NCBI GenBank assembly: GCA_964556335.1
Contig: CAZKWK010000001.1
Location: 46,681-110,680 of the forward strand
Reading direction: 5' to 3'
Length of the DNA: 64,000 nt
Source of the DNA: an uncultured Bordetella sp.
GTDB lineage: Bacteria > Pseudomonadota > Gammaproteobacteria > Burkholderiales > Burkholderiaceae_A
Shown here: positions 28,627 to 40,035 of the stretch, one piece after another
Layout: every line of letters starts with the position of its first letter
Position numbering within the stretch: position 1 is the stretch's first letter
Position numbers and translations under genes: made by a program
Notes under the pieces: model-generated
What the model saw: the letters and a program-made list of their open reading frames with translations, nothing else
What the model was told of the DNA's origin: nothing
The model's database searches: none

Positions 28627-31600
28627 TTACGGCAGAAGCGGAGCGAGTCGGCGGTCGGCCTCTTCTTTGTTACACCCGACGCGTTGAACATAACTGTCCC
28701 GCTGATCAAGGCCGATAGGCCCCAGGTTGAAGTACTGGGCCTCGGGACGCCAGAAATAAAAACCGCTGACCGCTGCGGCCGGAAGCATGGCGAGGTTTTC
28801 GGTAAGCCGCATGTCGATGTCCGCAGCGTTTAATAACGCAAACAAGTCCTGCTTCACCGCGTGGTCGGGGCAGGCGGGGTATCCGGGGGCGGGCCGAATA
28901 CCTTGGTACTTCTCTGCGATGAGCTCTACATTGGTGAGCGACTCGTGCGCGGCATAGCCCCAGAACTCGGTGCGAATCCGTTGATGTAGCCGCTCGGCAA
29001 AGGCTTCGGCCAGGCGGTCGGCGAGTGCTTTAACCAGAATGGCGTTGTAGTCGTCGCCCTTGGCCTCATAGTCTTGGGCAATTTTTTCTGCGCCGTGAAT
29101 GCCCACCGCAAAGCCGCCAAGGTAATCGCGTACGTCACCTGTGGAACTGGCATTCGTGGGGCTAGCAGCGTTACTTGGCGCACTTTGTAAGGCCGGTGCG
29201 ACATAGTCTGCGAGGCACTTGTTGGGCTCTCCGCGGGGCTTTTCTGTCTGTTGGCGTAGGCCATGCCAGGTGAGCACAGGCTGCTGCAACGACTCATCGG
29301 CATAGACCGTAATATCTTCGGGCGCCGTGCGGCGGGCGGGTAAGAGTACAAACGCTCCATGGGCGGCAAGCCGGCGGCCCTCGATAAGTCGGGCGAGCAT
29401 AGCCTTCCCATCGGCATACACCTGGCGCGCCTGGGCGCCAACGATCGCATCGTCAAGAATGGCAGGGAAGGAGCCTGCCAGATCCCAGGTCTGAAAAAAG
29501 GGCGTCCAGTCGATGCACTGGGCGATTTCGTCTAAGGGGTACGACTTTAAGACCCGTCGCCCGAGGGCGCGCGGGGTGGGTACAGGCTCTGCCAGGTTGA
29601 TGGTGGCGGCGTTGGCACGGGCGGCCTCTAGCGAGAGCATCTTGGTGGGGTTCTTCGCGGCATGCCGCTCGCGCAGCTTCGCATAGTCTTTGAGCACCTC
29701 GCCGAGGTAGGCGCCCTTCTGGGTGGCGTCGCTGGTGAGCGACTGGGCCACGGGCACCGACCGTGAGGCATCGGGCACCCAGATGACGGGGCCAGAATAG
29801 TGCGGCGCAATCTTCACGGCCGTATGCACCCGCGAGGTGGTCGCCCCACCAATGAGCAGGGGAATCTGCCGGCAACGGCACCATTCGTCGCGCTCCATCT
29901 CGCGGGCCACATGGGCCATCTCTTCGAGCGAGGGCGTGATGAGCCCCGAGAGCCCAATGATGTCGGCGTTATGGTCTTTAGCGGCCTGGAGAATCTGCTG
30001 GGCAGGCACCATCACACCGAGGTTGACCACCTCAAAGTTGTTGCACTGAAGTACGACGGAGACGATGTTCTTGCCGATGTCGTGGACATCGCCCTTCACA
30101 GTGGCAAGGATCATCTTGCCTTTGGCCTGTGTGGTGCCACTGGCCTTCTGCTCTGCCTCGATGTACGGCACGAGATGGGCCACGGCCGCCTTCATCACCC
30201 GCGCCGATTTCACCACCTGCGGCAGAAACATCTTGCCCTCGGCAAAGAGGTCGCCCACGACATTCATGCCATTCATGAGCGGGCCTTCAATGACCTCAAT
30301 CGGTCGGCCGCCACGGGCAGCAATCTCCAGCCGCATGGTCTCGGTATCTTCGACGATGAATTCGGTGAGCCCATGCACCAGGGCATGCTCTAGCCGCTTT
30401 TCTACCGTCGCATCACGCCAGGCGAGCTTTTCTTCTTCCTTCTTGCAGTCGTTTTTCAGGCGCGCGGCGAATTCGATCATGCGCTCGGTGGCATCGGGTC
30501 GGCGCGCCAGCACAATATCTTCAACATGCGTGCGCAGTTCGGGGTCGAGGTCTTCGTAGACGCCGAGCTGCCCAGCATTCACAATGCCCATGGTCATGCC
30601 AGCCTTCACCGCATGGTAGAGAAACACGGTGTGAATGGCCTCCCGCGCCGGGTCATTGCCGCGGAAAGAAAAGCTTACGTTCGACACCCCACCAGAGACC
30701 TTGGCATGGGGCAGGTTCTGCCGAATCCATTGGGTGGCCTCAATAAAGTCGATGGCATAGCGATCGTGCTCTTCGATACCGGTGGCAATCGCAAAAATAT
30801 TGGGATCAAAAATAATGTCTTCGGCAGGAAAGCCCACCGTCTCGGTGAGAAGCCGATAGGCACGCGCACAGATCTCTTTGCGCCGTGCGAGGCTATCGGC
30901 CTGACCCTGCTCATCGAAGGCCATCACAATCACCGCTGCACCGTACTTGCGACACAACGCCGCCTGGCGCAGAAACTCCGCCTCACCCTCTTTCATGGAG
31001 ATGGAATTGACAATGGCCTTGCCCTGCACGCACTGCAGGCCCGCCTCGATGACACTCCATTTTGAGGAGTCGATCATGATGGGTACGCGGGAGATATCGG
31101 GCTCGGAGGCAATCAGGTTGAGAAACCGGGTCATGGCGGCCTGCGAGTCGAGCATGGCCTCGTCCATGTTGACATCGATCACCTGTGCGCCGTTTTCTAC
31201 CTGTTGTCGGGCGACATCCACGGCCTTCTCGAACTCACCTGCAAGAATGAGGCGCGCAAACTGCTTCGATCCGGTGACATTGGTGCGCTCGCCCACATTC
31301 ACAAAAAACGAAGTCTCATCGATATTGCAGGGCTCAAGCCCCGAGAGCCGCAGCTTCGGTGCGATGTCAGGAAGAATGCGCGGGCTGTAGGCCCTCACGG
31401 CTTGTGCAATGGCCGCAATGTGTTCGGGGGTGGTGCCACAGCAGCCGCCCACCACATTGACCCAGCCCACTTGGGCAAACTCTTTGAGAAACCCTGAGGT
31501 AATGGGCGGGGTCTCGTCAAAGCCGGTGGGAGCCATGGGGTTGGGCAGCCCGGCATTCGGATAAATACAAATCGGTGCATCGGCCAGTCGCGAGAGTTCT

Positions 31601-32508
31601 TCGACATACGGCCGCATCAGTGCCGCACCGAGTGCACAGTTGAGCCCAATCGTGATGGGGCGGGCATGGCGCACACTGTTCCAGAAGGCTTCAACCGTCT
31701 GGCCAGAGAGAATCCGGCCCGAGGCATCGGTGACCGTGCCCGAGATCATGACCGGGAGCCGCTGGCCGATCTCTTCAAAGACGGTCTCGAGCGCAAAGAT
31801 TGCCGCCTTGGCATTGAGCGTATCGAAGATGGTCTCGATTAAGAGCAGATCAACTCCGCCCTCGATCAGTGCGCGGGCCTGTTCGGCATAGGCCTGGGCC
31901 AAGGCCTCAAAGCTCGTGTTGCGGGCGCCCGGGTCGTTGACATCGGGTGAGATCGAGGCGGTGCGGGGCGTGGGGCCGATGGCGCCAGCGACAAATCGCG
32001 GATGTTCGGGCGTAGAAAACTGGTCGCGTGCGGCACAGGCTACGCGCGCGGAGGCGTGGTTCATCTCCACCACGAGTGCAGCAAGTCGGTAGTCTTCTTG
32101 CGCGATGGTCGTCGCGCCGAAGGTGTTGGTCTCAATAATGTCAGCACCGGCCGCGAGGTACTGGGCATGAATCTCTTGAATGAGGCCGGGCTGTGTGAGG
32201 CTCAAGAGCTCGTTGTTGCCCTTGACCTCGATGCCGCTCTCGAGGGCTTTCTCTAGTGCCTGCGCCGCGCGCCCTGCGAGGGGCACTGCCTGCGAGCCAG
32301 AGCGTCCCTGGTAGTCGGATTCGCTGAGCTTGTACTGCTGAATCATGGTGCCCATGGCCCCATCGATGATGAGGATGCGCTGGGCGAGCGCGGTCCGCAG
32401 TCTGCCAAAGGCGGGTGACTCGGGAAGCGCCTTGGCCCCGACCCCTTGGCCTTGCGTGCCTACAGCGGACGAAAGGTGGCCGTGTTCGGTGGCGTGAAAT
32501 GCGGTCAA
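28627..32508 (-). CDS. metH: Cobalamin-dependent methionine synthase
   Basis: 1293 aa. Hcy-binding ([11 protein letters not shown]), pterin-binding, B12-binding ([10 protein letters not shown]) and AdoMet-activation domains in canonical order. The only start candidate I found is TTG 32508, which overlaps the upstream stop as TTGA. Confidence 0.95.
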   Translation of the reverse strand: MTAFHATEHGHLSSAVGTQGQGVGAKALPESPAFGRLRTALAQRILIIDGAMGTMIQQYKLSESDYQGRSGSQAVPLAGRAAQALEKALESGIEVKGNNELLSLTQPGLIQEIHAQYLAAGADIIETNTFGATTIAQEDYRLAALVVEMNHASARVACAARDQFSTPEHPRFVAGAIGPTPRTASISPDVNDPGARNTSFEALAQAYAEQARALIEGGVDLLLIETIFDTLNAKAAIFALETVFEEIGQRLPVMISGTVTDASGRILSGQTVEAFWNSVRHARPITIGLNCALGAALMRPYVEELSRLADAPICIYPNAGLPNPMAPTGFDETPPITSGFLKEFAQVGWVNVVGGCCGTTPEHIAAIAQAVRAYSPRILPDIAPKLRLSGLEPCNIDETSFFVNVGERTNVTGSKQFARLILAGEFEKAVDVARQQVENGAQVIDVNMDEAMLDSQAAMTRFLNLIASEPDISRVPIMIDSSKWSVIEAGLQCVQGKAIVNSISMKEGEAEFLRQAALCRKYGAAVIVMAFDEQGQADSLARRKEICARAYRLLTETVGFPAEDIIFDPNIFAIATGIEEHDRYAIDFIEATQWIRQNLPHAKVSGGVSNVSFSFRGNDPAREAIHTVFLYHAVKAGMTMGIVNAGQLGVYEDLDPELRTHVEDIVLARRPDATERMIEFAARLKNDCKKEEEKLAWRDATVEKRLEHALVHGLTEFIVEDTETMRLEIAARGGRPIEVIEGPLMNGMNVVGDLFAEGKMFLPQVVKSARVMKAAVAHLVPYIEAEQKASGTTQAKGKMILATVKGDVHDIGKNIVSVVLQCNNFEVVNLGVMVPAQQILQAAKDHNADIIGLSGLITPSLEEMAHVAREMERDEWCRCRQIPLLIGGATTSRVHTAVKIAPHYSGPVIWVPDASRSVPVAQSLTSDATQKGAYLGEVLKDYAKLRERHAAKNPTKMLSLEAARANAATINLAEPVPTPRALGRRVLKSYPLDEIAQCIDWTPFFQTWDLAGSFPAILDDAIVGAQARQVYADGKAMLARLIEGRRLAAHGAFVLLPARRTAPEDITVYADESLQQPVLTWHGLRQQTEKPRGEPNKCLADYVAPALQSAPSNAASPTNASSTGDVRDYLGGFAVGIHGAEKIAQDYEAKGDDYNAILVKALADRLAEAFAERLHQRIRTEFWGYAAHESLTNVELIAEKYQGIRPAPGYPACPDHAVKQDLFALLNAADIDMRLTENLAMLPAAAVSGFYFWRPEAQYFNLGPIGLDQRDSYVQRVGCNKEEADRRLAPLLP

Positions 32509-33491
32509 GCTTTTAGCCCATCGAGATAGCAGACCAGACCATCGGCATTGAGTCGAAGATCCACATCGAGCAGGCGACGCAGTTCGGCGTCGGAGAGAGT
32601 GACACCCTGGGACCGGGCCTCGCCGAACAGAAGCGTCTGAAGGTCTGCCTCGATCGCGCGCGCGCGTTGCAGGCCCTTGTCTGCATGCCGGTGGGCGATC
32701 TCCACGTACCGATCGACCTGACCAAGCAGAAATTGTCCCGCCTCTTGCACGGTGCGTAGCTCTGCGTAATGGGTGAGATAGACTGCCCGCGGGGTGCTCT
32801 GCATCACCCGCGTGATCGAGGCTTTCATGGCCTGTGGATCAAACTGCGAGGGGGTACACGAGACAAAAATATAGGGCCCCTGCGCTGTGTCGAGATCACG
32901 ATAAGAAATGCCAAAGGTGTCTCCGGTAAAGACACTCTGGCTCTGGGTGTCCACGATAAAGACATGGTGCTTGGCGTGCCCGGGGGCATCCCAGAAGACA
33001 ATGCGCCGTCCGGCCAGAGAAATTTCCGCCCCTTCTGGGGTCTCGATGATGCGGCTGGGGTCAATCGGGGTGAGGCCACCATAGTCGCGCTGTGCAACCT
33101 CTGGGGAGTAGACCTGGCAGACCGCCTCCCAGAGTTTGGAGGGATCGATCATGTGCCGTGCCCCTCGCGGATGAATGGTGACTCTGGCCTGGGGGCATTG
33201 TTGAAGCAGGGCCCCTGCACCCCCCGCATGGTCGAGGTGCACATGGGTGAGGACAATAAAATCGACAGCCTCAGGCCCCAGGCCTAGGGCCTTGAGGGAA
33301 TCCAGTACATAGGGCACAGAGTACTGGGTGCCGGTATCAATCACGGCTACCCGGCCCTTCTCCACAATCAGATGAATCGCATCAAACTCGTGGCGTGTGT
33401 AGCGTGAGTCCAGGCCGTAGATGCCTTGACCAAAGGCGCGTAGACCAGGCGCGATCTCCTTGGCATCCCGATGGTGGTGGTGCATGTGCAT
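32505..33491 (-). CDS. MBL-fold metallo-hydrolase
   Basis: 328 aa from MHMHHHHRD (ATG 33491). Carries the HxHxDH motif ([10 protein letters not shown]). The longer track ORF to 33698 overlaps the GMC gene and is rejected. Confidence 0.85.
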   Translation of the reverse strand: MHMHHHHRDAKEIAPGLRAFGQGIYGLDSRYTRHEFDAIHLIVEKGRVAVIDTGTQYSVPYVLDSLKALGLGPEAVDFIVLTHVHLDHAGGAGALLQQCPQARVTIHPRGARHMIDPSKLWEAVCQVYSPEVAQRDYGGLTPIDPSRIIETPEGAEISLAGRRIVFWDAPGHAKHHVFIVDTQSQSVFTGDTFGISYRDLDTAQGPYIFVSCTPSQFDPQAMKASITRVMQSTPRAVYLTHYAELRTVQEAGQFLLGQVDRYVEIAHRHADKGLQRARAIEADLQTLLFGEARSQGVTLSDAELRRLLDVDLRLNADGLVCYLDGLKA

Positions 33492-33510
33492 GACAAAAAC
33501 CCCTCTTCTC

Positions 33511-35202
33511 TTAACCGGCTTCTTGCTGAAGAATATCGCGCGCGGCCCGCTCGGCCAGCAACATGACGGGCGCATTGGTGTTTCCCGAGGTGATCGTGGG
33601 CATGGCCGAGGCATCCACGACCCGTAGCCCGGCGACACCGCGCAGCCGAAAGCTGGTGTCCAGCACGGTGTTCGATTCCGCACATTCTCCCGTCTCACTC
33701 ACCCGCCCCATGGCGCAGGTGCCTACTGGATGAAAGATTGTGGTGCCGAGTTCGCGGGCGGCCTGCTGTAGGTCGGTCTCAGAGGTCTTTTCTGGGCCAG
33801 GGAGATACTCTTCTGGCGAGAAGTGTGCAAGCGCAGGGCTTGCCATGATGGCCCGGGTGAGACTGAGCCCACGCACGGCCTTTCGCAAGTCGTCCTCGGT
33901 GGGCAGGTAGTTGCACTGAATGGCCGGTGGGGTGAGGGGATCAGGGTGTTGAATGCGCACCGAGCCGCGAGAGGTCGGCCGCAGGTTACAGACCGACGGG
34001 GTAATGGCATCAAAGCTATGGAGAGGCTCACCAAATTTCGGCAGAGACAAGGGCTGCACATGCCACTCCAGGTCGGCCGAGGCCTCGTGGGGGCTACTCT
34101 TCGCAAAGGCGCCCAAAGTGGAGGGCGGCATGGTCATGGGCCCCGTGCGAGAGAGGAAATACTGTGCTGCCATACCAAACCGGGTGAGCGGGTTGCTGTA
34201 GAGGCTATTGACCGTGCGCGCACCCTGGACTTTGTAGACCGTACGAATTTGTAGATGGTCTTGCAGGTTCTCGCCCACCCCGGGGAGGTCAGCGACTACG
34301 GGCACCTGCATCTCTGACAAAAGGGCGGCTGGCCCAATGCCTGAGGCCTGCAAGAGTTGCGGCGTACCGATGGCCCCAGCGGCGAGAATAATCTGCTTAC
34401 GGGCACGGACCTCAATGCGTTGTCCGTCCTGTATCACCCGAATCGTGCGGGCCCGATGCTGTGCCTGGGCCCAGGCACCCTTGTCAGTGCTTCTGCGCTC
34501 GCGGTTTTCTTCAAGACCAACGCCGAGAACCTGGGTGTTGGTCCAGACCACGAGGTTCTGGCGGTGGCTGATGGGATGCAGAAAGGCGTCGGCCATTGAC
34601 CAACGTCGACCTCGCGCCTGGGTGACATGAAAATAGGCGCAGCCTGCGTTGTCGCCGCGATTGAACTCTGCAATGGGCTCGATGCCCTGCTCGGCAGCCG
34701 CCCGCTGCCAGGCATCCAGGATGCGCCACTTGACCCGGGGCGATTCCACCCGCATCTCGCCCCCCGTACCGTGCCAGGCATTGGCGCCGCCAAAAAAATT
34801 CTCTAAAGACTTGTAGATCTCAAGGGTCTGGCCAGCCTCGCCCTGCCAGCGCCAGCGCTCGTCGCCCGTGGCCTCGGCCCAACGATCATAGTCGGTGGCC
34901 TGACCCCGCATGTAGATCATGGCGTTAATAGAAGAGCAGCCCCCGATGACCCTTCCCCGCGCGTAATGGATGGATCGCCCGGCAAGCCCTGGGTCTTCGG
35001 TGGTCTTGTAGCACCAGTCGGTTCGGGGGTTACCGATGGTGTAGAGATAGCCCACGGGGATCTTGATCCAGAACCAGTCGTCTTTGCCGCCTGCCTCGAT
35101 GAGCAATACCCGGTGCCCCCTCTGCGCGGAGAGTCGATTGGCCAGAAGGCAACCAGCGCTTCCCGCGCCGACGATAACGGTATCGAATTCGAGTTGACTC
35201 AT
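33511..35202 (-). CDS. GMC family FAD oxidoreductase (choline dehydrogenase-like)
   Basis: 563 aa. FDTVIVGAGSAGCLLANRLS Rossmann motif, a GMC signature region and the C-terminal HPVGTCAMG. Confidence 0.9.
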   Translation of the reverse strand: MSQLEFDTVIVGAGSAGCLLANRLSAQRGHRVLLIEAGGKDDWFWIKIPVGYLYTIGNPRTDWCYKTTEDPGLAGRSIHYARGRVIGGCSSINAMIYMRGQATDYDRWAEATGDERWRWQGEAGQTLEIYKSLENFFGGANAWHGTGGEMRVESPRVKWRILDAWQRAAAEQGIEPIAEFNRGDNAGCAYFHVTQARGRRWSMADAFLHPISHRQNLVVWTNTQVLGVGLEENRERRSTDKGAWAQAQHRARTIRVIQDGQRIEVRARKQIILAAGAIGTPQLLQASGIGPAALLSEMQVPVVADLPGVGENLQDHLQIRTVYKVQGARTVNSLYSNPLTRFGMAAQYFLSRTGPMTMPPSTLGAFAKSSPHEASADLEWHVQPLSLPKFGEPLHSFDAITPSVCNLRPTSRGSVRIQHPDPLTPPAIQCNYLPTEDDLRKAVRGLSLTRAIMASPALAHFSPEEYLPGPEKTSETDLQQAARELGTTIFHPVGTCAMGRVSETGECAESNTVLDTSFRLRGVAGLRVVDASAMPTITSGNTNAPVMLLAERAARDILQQEAG

Positions 35203-35232
35203 GCTGTGGATCAGACCGTGCGAAGACCGGGA

Positions 35233-36984
35233 TCAACGCCCGAGGCGATGGAGTTCCGGTCGGTTTCTAAAACGAAGCTCTTCTGGATAGGGAAATACAT
35301 CGTCCAAAATACCGTGCTCGATGCGGTCCTGCTGCGCCTGCCAATAGCGCGCATCAAGCAGATCGGAATGGTACTTCATGAAGGGCGCGCGAAGCCGCGG
35401 TTGCCCCAGCAGAAACTGGGCAAACTCCTCGGGAAAGACATCGTTGGGCCCTACCGTATACCAGGGCTCACTCGCCATCTCGTCTTCGGGTGTACGCGGC
35501 GGTGGAATCTTACGAAACCGACACTCGGTAAGGTACTGGATTTCATCGTAGTCATAGAAGACCACGCGCTGGTGACGGGTCATCCCAAAATTCTTATAGA
35601 GCATATCGCCGGGGAAGATGTTGGCCGCCACCAGCTGCCGGATCGCGTCCCCATATTCCCGTACGGCGTGATCCACCTGGGCCTCCGTGGCGTGCTCGAG
35701 GTAGAGGTTCAGTGGAATCATGCGCCGCTCAATGTAAAGATGTCGGATCACAATCCGGTCGTCGACCTCGTCGATCATGCTCGGGGCGAGCGTCTTGATT
35801 TCCTGAATGAGGGCGGGGTTAAACCGGGCCCGGGGAAAGTCTACGTTGGAGTACTCCCAGGTATCTGCCATGCGGCCCGCCCGGTCGTGGAGCTTGACCA
35901 GCTGGTACTTCGAGGCAATATGCTCGCGCGAGACATCCTTGGAGCGCACATCTTTAATGATCTTAAAGACATAGGGGAAGGAAGGCAGGGTGAAGACCAG
36001 CATCACCAGCCCCTTAATGCCTTCGGCCACACAAAACAGATCGTTGGAGTGCTTCAGATGATGCAAAAAGTCGCGATAGAAAAGGGTCTTGCCTTGTTTC
36101 TGCAGCCCGAGCATGGTGTAGAGCTCGCTATTAGGCTTGTGGGGCATCAGGGTTCGCAGAAAGTGCACATAGGCGGACGGCACTTCCATATCCACCATGA
36201 AGTAGGCGCGGGCAAACGAGAAGAGCACCGAGATCTGTTCGGCATTAAAGATCACGGTGTCAAGAAACAGGCGGCCTTTGGCGTCACGCAGAATCGGGAC
36301 GGCAAAGCCGAGGGGCACCCCGTCATTCATGATCCTGCCGATGAGGTAGGCCCCCTTGTTACGGTAGAAGAGGGAGCGCAAGACATGGATCTGGATATCG
36401 ATCTCGGTATGAAATGGCCGGGAGAGTTCCGCACAGGCCGCCTTCACCACGAGCCTGAGATCGCGGTCGATGTCTTGCCAGGGACAGGCCATACCGAGGT
36501 CTACTGCGATATCCATGAGGCATCGCCGCAGGCCCGTGGTGCGCGGGTAGTAGATGCGATAGGACGGCGGATCAGAGTCGAGATAGTCGGTGGAGACCGC
36601 GGGCCGAACAAAGAGATTTTCGTTTCGAAAATACTCGCGGTGCAGGAGGCGGGTGGTCACCGAATTAAAGAAGCTCTCCGCCAACTCCGGCTGCCGGCAG
36701 TCGGTGAGCAGCATGATGAAGCAGCGCTTGACCTCAGCCCAGCGTTGAATGATGAGATCGCGTTCTTGGGCCAGCCCCGCAAGCTGCGCACAGGTCTCGC
36801 GCACGCGCTCGTCGTAAAAGGCAATCCGCATTCGGGAGAGCTTACGAATCTCCTGATAATGCCCAGCCTCAAACTGCGTCTTTGCCTGCTGGGCGTTGTA
36901 CCGAAAGAGGCCGTAGTGCCGGTGGAACCCCGCGAGGATCACCTGGGCGATCTGCGTCTCAGACAGGAGGACCTGGGCCGCCAT
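35233..36984 (-). CDS. aceK: Isocitrate dehydrogenase kinase/phosphatase
   Basis: Strong collinear similarity to E. coli AceK (VMLVFTLPSF..VFKIIKD, IVIRHLYIERRMIPLN, NIFPGDMLYKNFGMTRHQRVVFYDYDEI). The start is ATG 36984 or GTG 36996. Confidence 0.93.
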   Translation of the reverse strand: MAAQVLLSETQIAQVILAGFHRHYGLFRYNAQQAKTQFEAGHYQEIRKLSRMRIAFYDERVRETCAQLAGLAQERDLIIQRWAEVKRCFIMLLTDCRQPELAESFFNSVTTRLLHREYFRNENLFVRPAVSTDYLDSDPPSYRIYYPRTTGLRRCLMDIAVDLGMACPWQDIDRDLRLVVKAACAELSRPFHTEIDIQIHVLRSLFYRNKGAYLIGRIMNDGVPLGFAVPILRDAKGRLFLDTVIFNAEQISVLFSFARAYFMVDMEVPSAYVHFLRTLMPHKPNSELYTMLGLQKQGKTLFYRDFLHHLKHSNDLFCVAEGIKGLVMLVFTLPSFPYVFKIIKDVRSKDVSREHIASKYQLVKLHDRAGRMADTWEYSNVDFPRARFNPALIQEIKTLAPSMIDEVDDRIVIRHLYIERRMIPLNLYLEHATEAQVDHAVREYGDAIRQLVAANIFPGDMLYKNFGMTRHQRVVFYDYDEIQYLTECRFRKIPPPRTPEDEMASEPWYTVGPNDVFPEEFAQFLLGQPRLRAPFMKYHSDLLDARYWQAQQDRIEHGILDDVFPYPEELRFRNRPELHRLGR

Positions 36985-36995
36985 ACCTACCCCCA

Positions 36996-38180
36996 CTAAC
37001 CCTGGAGGCTAAAGCCTTGGGTCATACGAGAACGGTCTCGGGCCACACTCATAATGAGACCCATGCCTACCCCGAGGGTCACCAGTGCGGTGCCCCCATA
37101 AGAGACAAAGGGCAGCGGCACGCCCACGACCGGCAGCAAGCCGGTGACCATCCCAAGGTTGACAAAGGCATAGGTAAAGGTGGTGAGCGCAAGGCTTGCT
37201 GCTAGCAGCCGCCCAAAGATGGTGGGGGCGCCCAGTGACACCCAGAGGCTGCGAAGAATGAGTCCGATGTAGAGGCTTGTGAGCAGAAGGGCGCCCAGAA
37301 ATCCAAACTCTTCGGCAAAGCCCGAGAAGATAAAGTCGGTCTCCCGCTCGGGAATAAAATCGAGCTGGGCCTGGGTGCCGTTGAGCCAGCCTTTGCCCCA
37401 GATTCCACCAGAGCCCACGGCAATCATGGACTGCAAAATATGAAACCCTTTGCCCAGGGGGTCGCGGGTGGGATCGAGAAGGGTGCAGACCCGTTGGCGC
37501 TGATACTCCCGCAGCCCGGGCCAGTCGACACCCGGTGCGCAGGCCTGGTCCCCAAAGACCACCAGGAGTCCTATAAGGAGGACGGCGGTACCGGTGACCG
37601 CAATAATGAGGCGCCATGGCAAGCCTGCCAGATAGATCACAAAAATGCCGGAGGCCGCGACAAGAATGGCCGTGCCCAGATCGGGCTGACGAAGAATGAG
37701 ACTCACCGGAATCAAGAGCAAGATACTGATGAGTACCCAGTCGGCAGGCGTCTTTAGGCCGTCTCGTTGATGCACGACCCAGGCAAGCATCAGCGGCATG
37801 GCGATCTTCATAATCTCCGAGGGCTGAATACGTATGATGCCGAGGTCGAGCCATCGGGTGGCGCCTTTAGAGGTATCGCCAAAGAGTTCCACTGCGATGA
37901 GCAGTACGAGCCCCGTCGAATAGAGCGGTATAGCGGTCTTCTGCAGCCAGTTGGCAGGCACTTGGGCCAAGACAAACATGATGGCGGCCGCTAAGGCCAG
38001 ATTGCGCACGTGGGACAGAAAGCGGTCGGGGTCATGGTGGCTTGCGCTGTAGACCGCGAGAAGGCTGAGACCCACCAGTCCACAGAAAATAAAAAAGAGC
38101 GGCTGGTCGAGGGCCATAAAACGCTGTCGTGCCCAGAAGCCCGCAGCCCGCCATCCGACATGGGCGCGACGATCGTTCAT
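36996..38180 (-). CDS. rodA: Peptidoglycan glycosyltransferase RodA (SEDS family)
   Basis: 394 aa multi-TM SEDS protein. Its ATG overlaps the mrdA stop as ATGA. Confidence 0.92.
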   Translation of the reverse strand: MNDRRAHVGWRAAGFWARQRFMALDQPLFFIFCGLVGLSLLAVYSASHHDPDRFLSHVRNLALAAAIMFVLAQVPANWLQKTAIPLYSTGLVLLIAVELFGDTSKGATRWLDLGIIRIQPSEIMKIAMPLMLAWVVHQRDGLKTPADWVLISILLLIPVSLILRQPDLGTAILVAASGIFVIYLAGLPWRLIIAVTGTAVLLIGLLVVFGDQACAPGVDWPGLREYQRQRVCTLLDPTRDPLGKGFHILQSMIAVGSGGIWGKGWLNGTQAQLDFIPERETDFIFSGFAEEFGFLGALLLTSLYIGLILRSLWVSLGAPTIFGRLLAASLALTTFTYAFVNLGMVTGLLPVVGVPLPFVSYGGTALVTLGVGMGLIMSVARDRSRMTQGFSLQG

Positions 38181-40024
38181 GGCAGCGCCCGCCCCTCCTT
38201 GACCCGCTCGACAAGAAGATAGTCCATCACCTGGCGGGCCAGGGGCGCGGCAGCCGCGGCCCCAAAGCCCCCGTTCTCAACAATCACGGCCAAGGCCACT
38301 TTCGGGTCTTCGGCCGGCGCGAAGGCCACGTACAGAGAGTGGTCCCGTAACCGCTCTGCGATTCGGTCGGCGTTGTAGGTCTCATTTTGTTTGATGCTAA
38401 AGACCTGCGAGGTGCCTGTCTTACCCGCCACCTTGTAGGGGGTGCCCGCCATCACCCGTGCACCGGTGCCAGACATATTGACCTCGATCATCGCCTCGCG
38501 TACCAGCGCGAGCCAATCTTCTGGGATCTTTAAGTCGGTCTCGACCTCGGGGGGCATGTCGATGAGATTGCCCGTGCTCGGGTCTTCGATGGCCTTGACG
38601 AGCCGTGGCTTCATGAGCTTTCCGCCATTGGCTAGTGCTGCGGTGGCTCGTGCAAGCTGCAGAATCGTAAAGGCGTTATAGCCCTGGCCAATGCCAATCG
38701 AAGGCGTCTCGCCCGTGAGCCATTCTTTTCCAAACCGTTTCATCTTCCATTCAGAAGAGGGCAGAATGCCCGCGGTCTCGCCTTCCATATCGATGCCCGT
38801 GGTGCGGCCAAAGCCAAACGGGGCAATGTGCTTGAAGATAGTATCGACACCCATGTCTACAGCAAGCTTGTAGTAGTAGGTGTCGCTTGAGACGACGATG
38901 GATTTTTTGAGGTCAACACGGCCATGGCCTTCTGGGCGGCTGTCGCGGAAGCGGTGGTTACCGAGCATGAAGTAGCCGGGGTCTTGAATCGTGTCCTCTG
39001 GTTTGCGGGCGCCTGAGGCCAGTGCAGCAATTGCCATAAACGGCTTATAGGTGGATCCCGGGGGGTAGATTCCGCGCAGGGCGCGGTTGAGGAGCGGCAC
39101 ATCCAGAGAGCTATTGAGTTCGGCCCAGAGGTCAGGGTCCACGCCATCGACAAAGGCATTCGGATCAAAGTTTGGCTGCGAGACAAAGGCCAAAACTTCG
39201 CCGGTTTTGGGCACCATGGCGACCAGCGCCCCACGACGGCCTTTATAGGCCTCTTCGACTTTTTGCTGTAGCCCGAAATCGATCGACAGGTGCAGGTTCT
39301 TCCCGGGTTCGGGAGCCTTGAGGCCTAGTTCACGCACGAGTCGGCCCGAGGCCGTCACCTCGATTTTTTGAAACCCCGGCTGCCCTTTGAGTACAGGCTC
39401 ATAGCTCTTTTCGATGCCGAGTTTTCCGATGTGGGTGACGCCGAGGTAGTCGTCGGAGAGCCCCGCATCTTCGAGGCGCTCTCGGTCGGCCCGTGAGACG
39501 CGCCCGATATGCCCGAGCAGATGCGAGGAGGAGGACTCAAAGGGATAGCTGCGGATCGAGCGCTGCTGAATATTGACCCCGGGCAGGTCGGCCACGCGGG
39601 TGACGAGCTTCGCGACCTCTTCATCAGAGAGTTTGGTCTTGAGCGGAATACTGTCGAATCGCCGTGCCTCGGCAGCCGCCCGGCGAAACCGAGAGATTTC
39701 CGCAGGCCGCAGGCCAATGGTGTTGCTGACCTTCTCAAGCGTGGCGTTTAGGTTGTCGACCTGGAAGGGCTCGATCTCCAGAGAAAAGCCGGCATCGTTG
39801 CGTGCGAGCACCGTGCCATAGCGGTCGAGAATCCTGCCGCGCGGGGCCTGGATGGGCAGTAGGGCCATGCGATTCTCATCGGCACGCGCCGCATGGTCCT
39901 CGTGCTGCCAGACTTGTAGCTGGGCAAATCGCAGGCTGAGTCCAATCATGGCCAGACCAACAAATAAGGCCGCGACCGAGGCGCGCTGCCGAAATTCAGA
40001 ATTGGAACGGCCCGAGAACTCCAT
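38177..40024 (-). CDS. mrdA: Penicillin-binding protein 2 (elongasome transpeptidase)
   Basis: 615 aa. N-terminal anchor, transpeptidase motifs STYKP, SSD and KTGT, and a position between mreD and rodA. Confidence 0.93.
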   Translation of the reverse strand: MEFSGRSNSEFRQRASVAALFVGLAMIGLSLRFAQLQVWQHEDHAARADENRMALLPIQAPRGRILDRYGTVLARNDAGFSLEIEPFQVDNLNATLEKVSNTIGLRPAEISRFRRAAAEARRFDSIPLKTKLSDEEVAKLVTRVADLPGVNIQQRSIRSYPFESSSSHLLGHIGRVSRADRERLEDAGLSDDYLGVTHIGKLGIEKSYEPVLKGQPGFQKIEVTASGRLVRELGLKAPEPGKNLHLSIDFGLQQKVEEAYKGRRGALVAMVPKTGEVLAFVSQPNFDPNAFVDGVDPDLWAELNSSLDVPLLNRALRGIYPPGSTYKPFMAIAALASGARKPEDTIQDPGYFMLGNHRFRDSRPEGHGRVDLKKSIVVSSDTYYYKLAVDMGVDTIFKHIAPFGFGRTTGIDMEGETAGILPSSEWKMKRFGKEWLTGETPSIGIGQGYNAFTILQLARATAALANGGKLMKPRLVKAIEDPSTGNLIDMPPEVETDLKIPEDWLALVREAMIEVNMSGTGARVMAGTPYKVAGKTGTSQVFSIKQNETYNADRIAERLRDHSLYVAFAPAEDPKVALAVIVENGGFGAAAAAPLARQVMDYLLVERVKEGRALP

Positions 40025-40035
40025 GGCTGATCCGG

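Noticed and set aside
33492-33698. An N-terminal extension of the MBL hydrolase ORF
   Set aside because: It overlaps the 3' end of the GMC oxidoreductase gene and is Pro/Arg/Cys/Trp-rich with no similarity to MBL proteins.
34966-36999. A 677-aa plus-strand ORF, the third-longest ORF in the track after the FAD-oxidase fusion and metH
   Set aside because: It lies exactly antisense to aceK, which has unambiguous end-to-end similarity to E. coli AceK. Its translation is H/G/V/R/L-rich with no recognisable motif. This is a typical stop-free shadow frame in high-GC DNA.
37009-37854. A 281-aa alternative-frame ORF inside rodA
   Set aside because: It is on the same strand but out of frame with a clear SEDS protein. 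It is Arg/Gly/His/Pro-rich.
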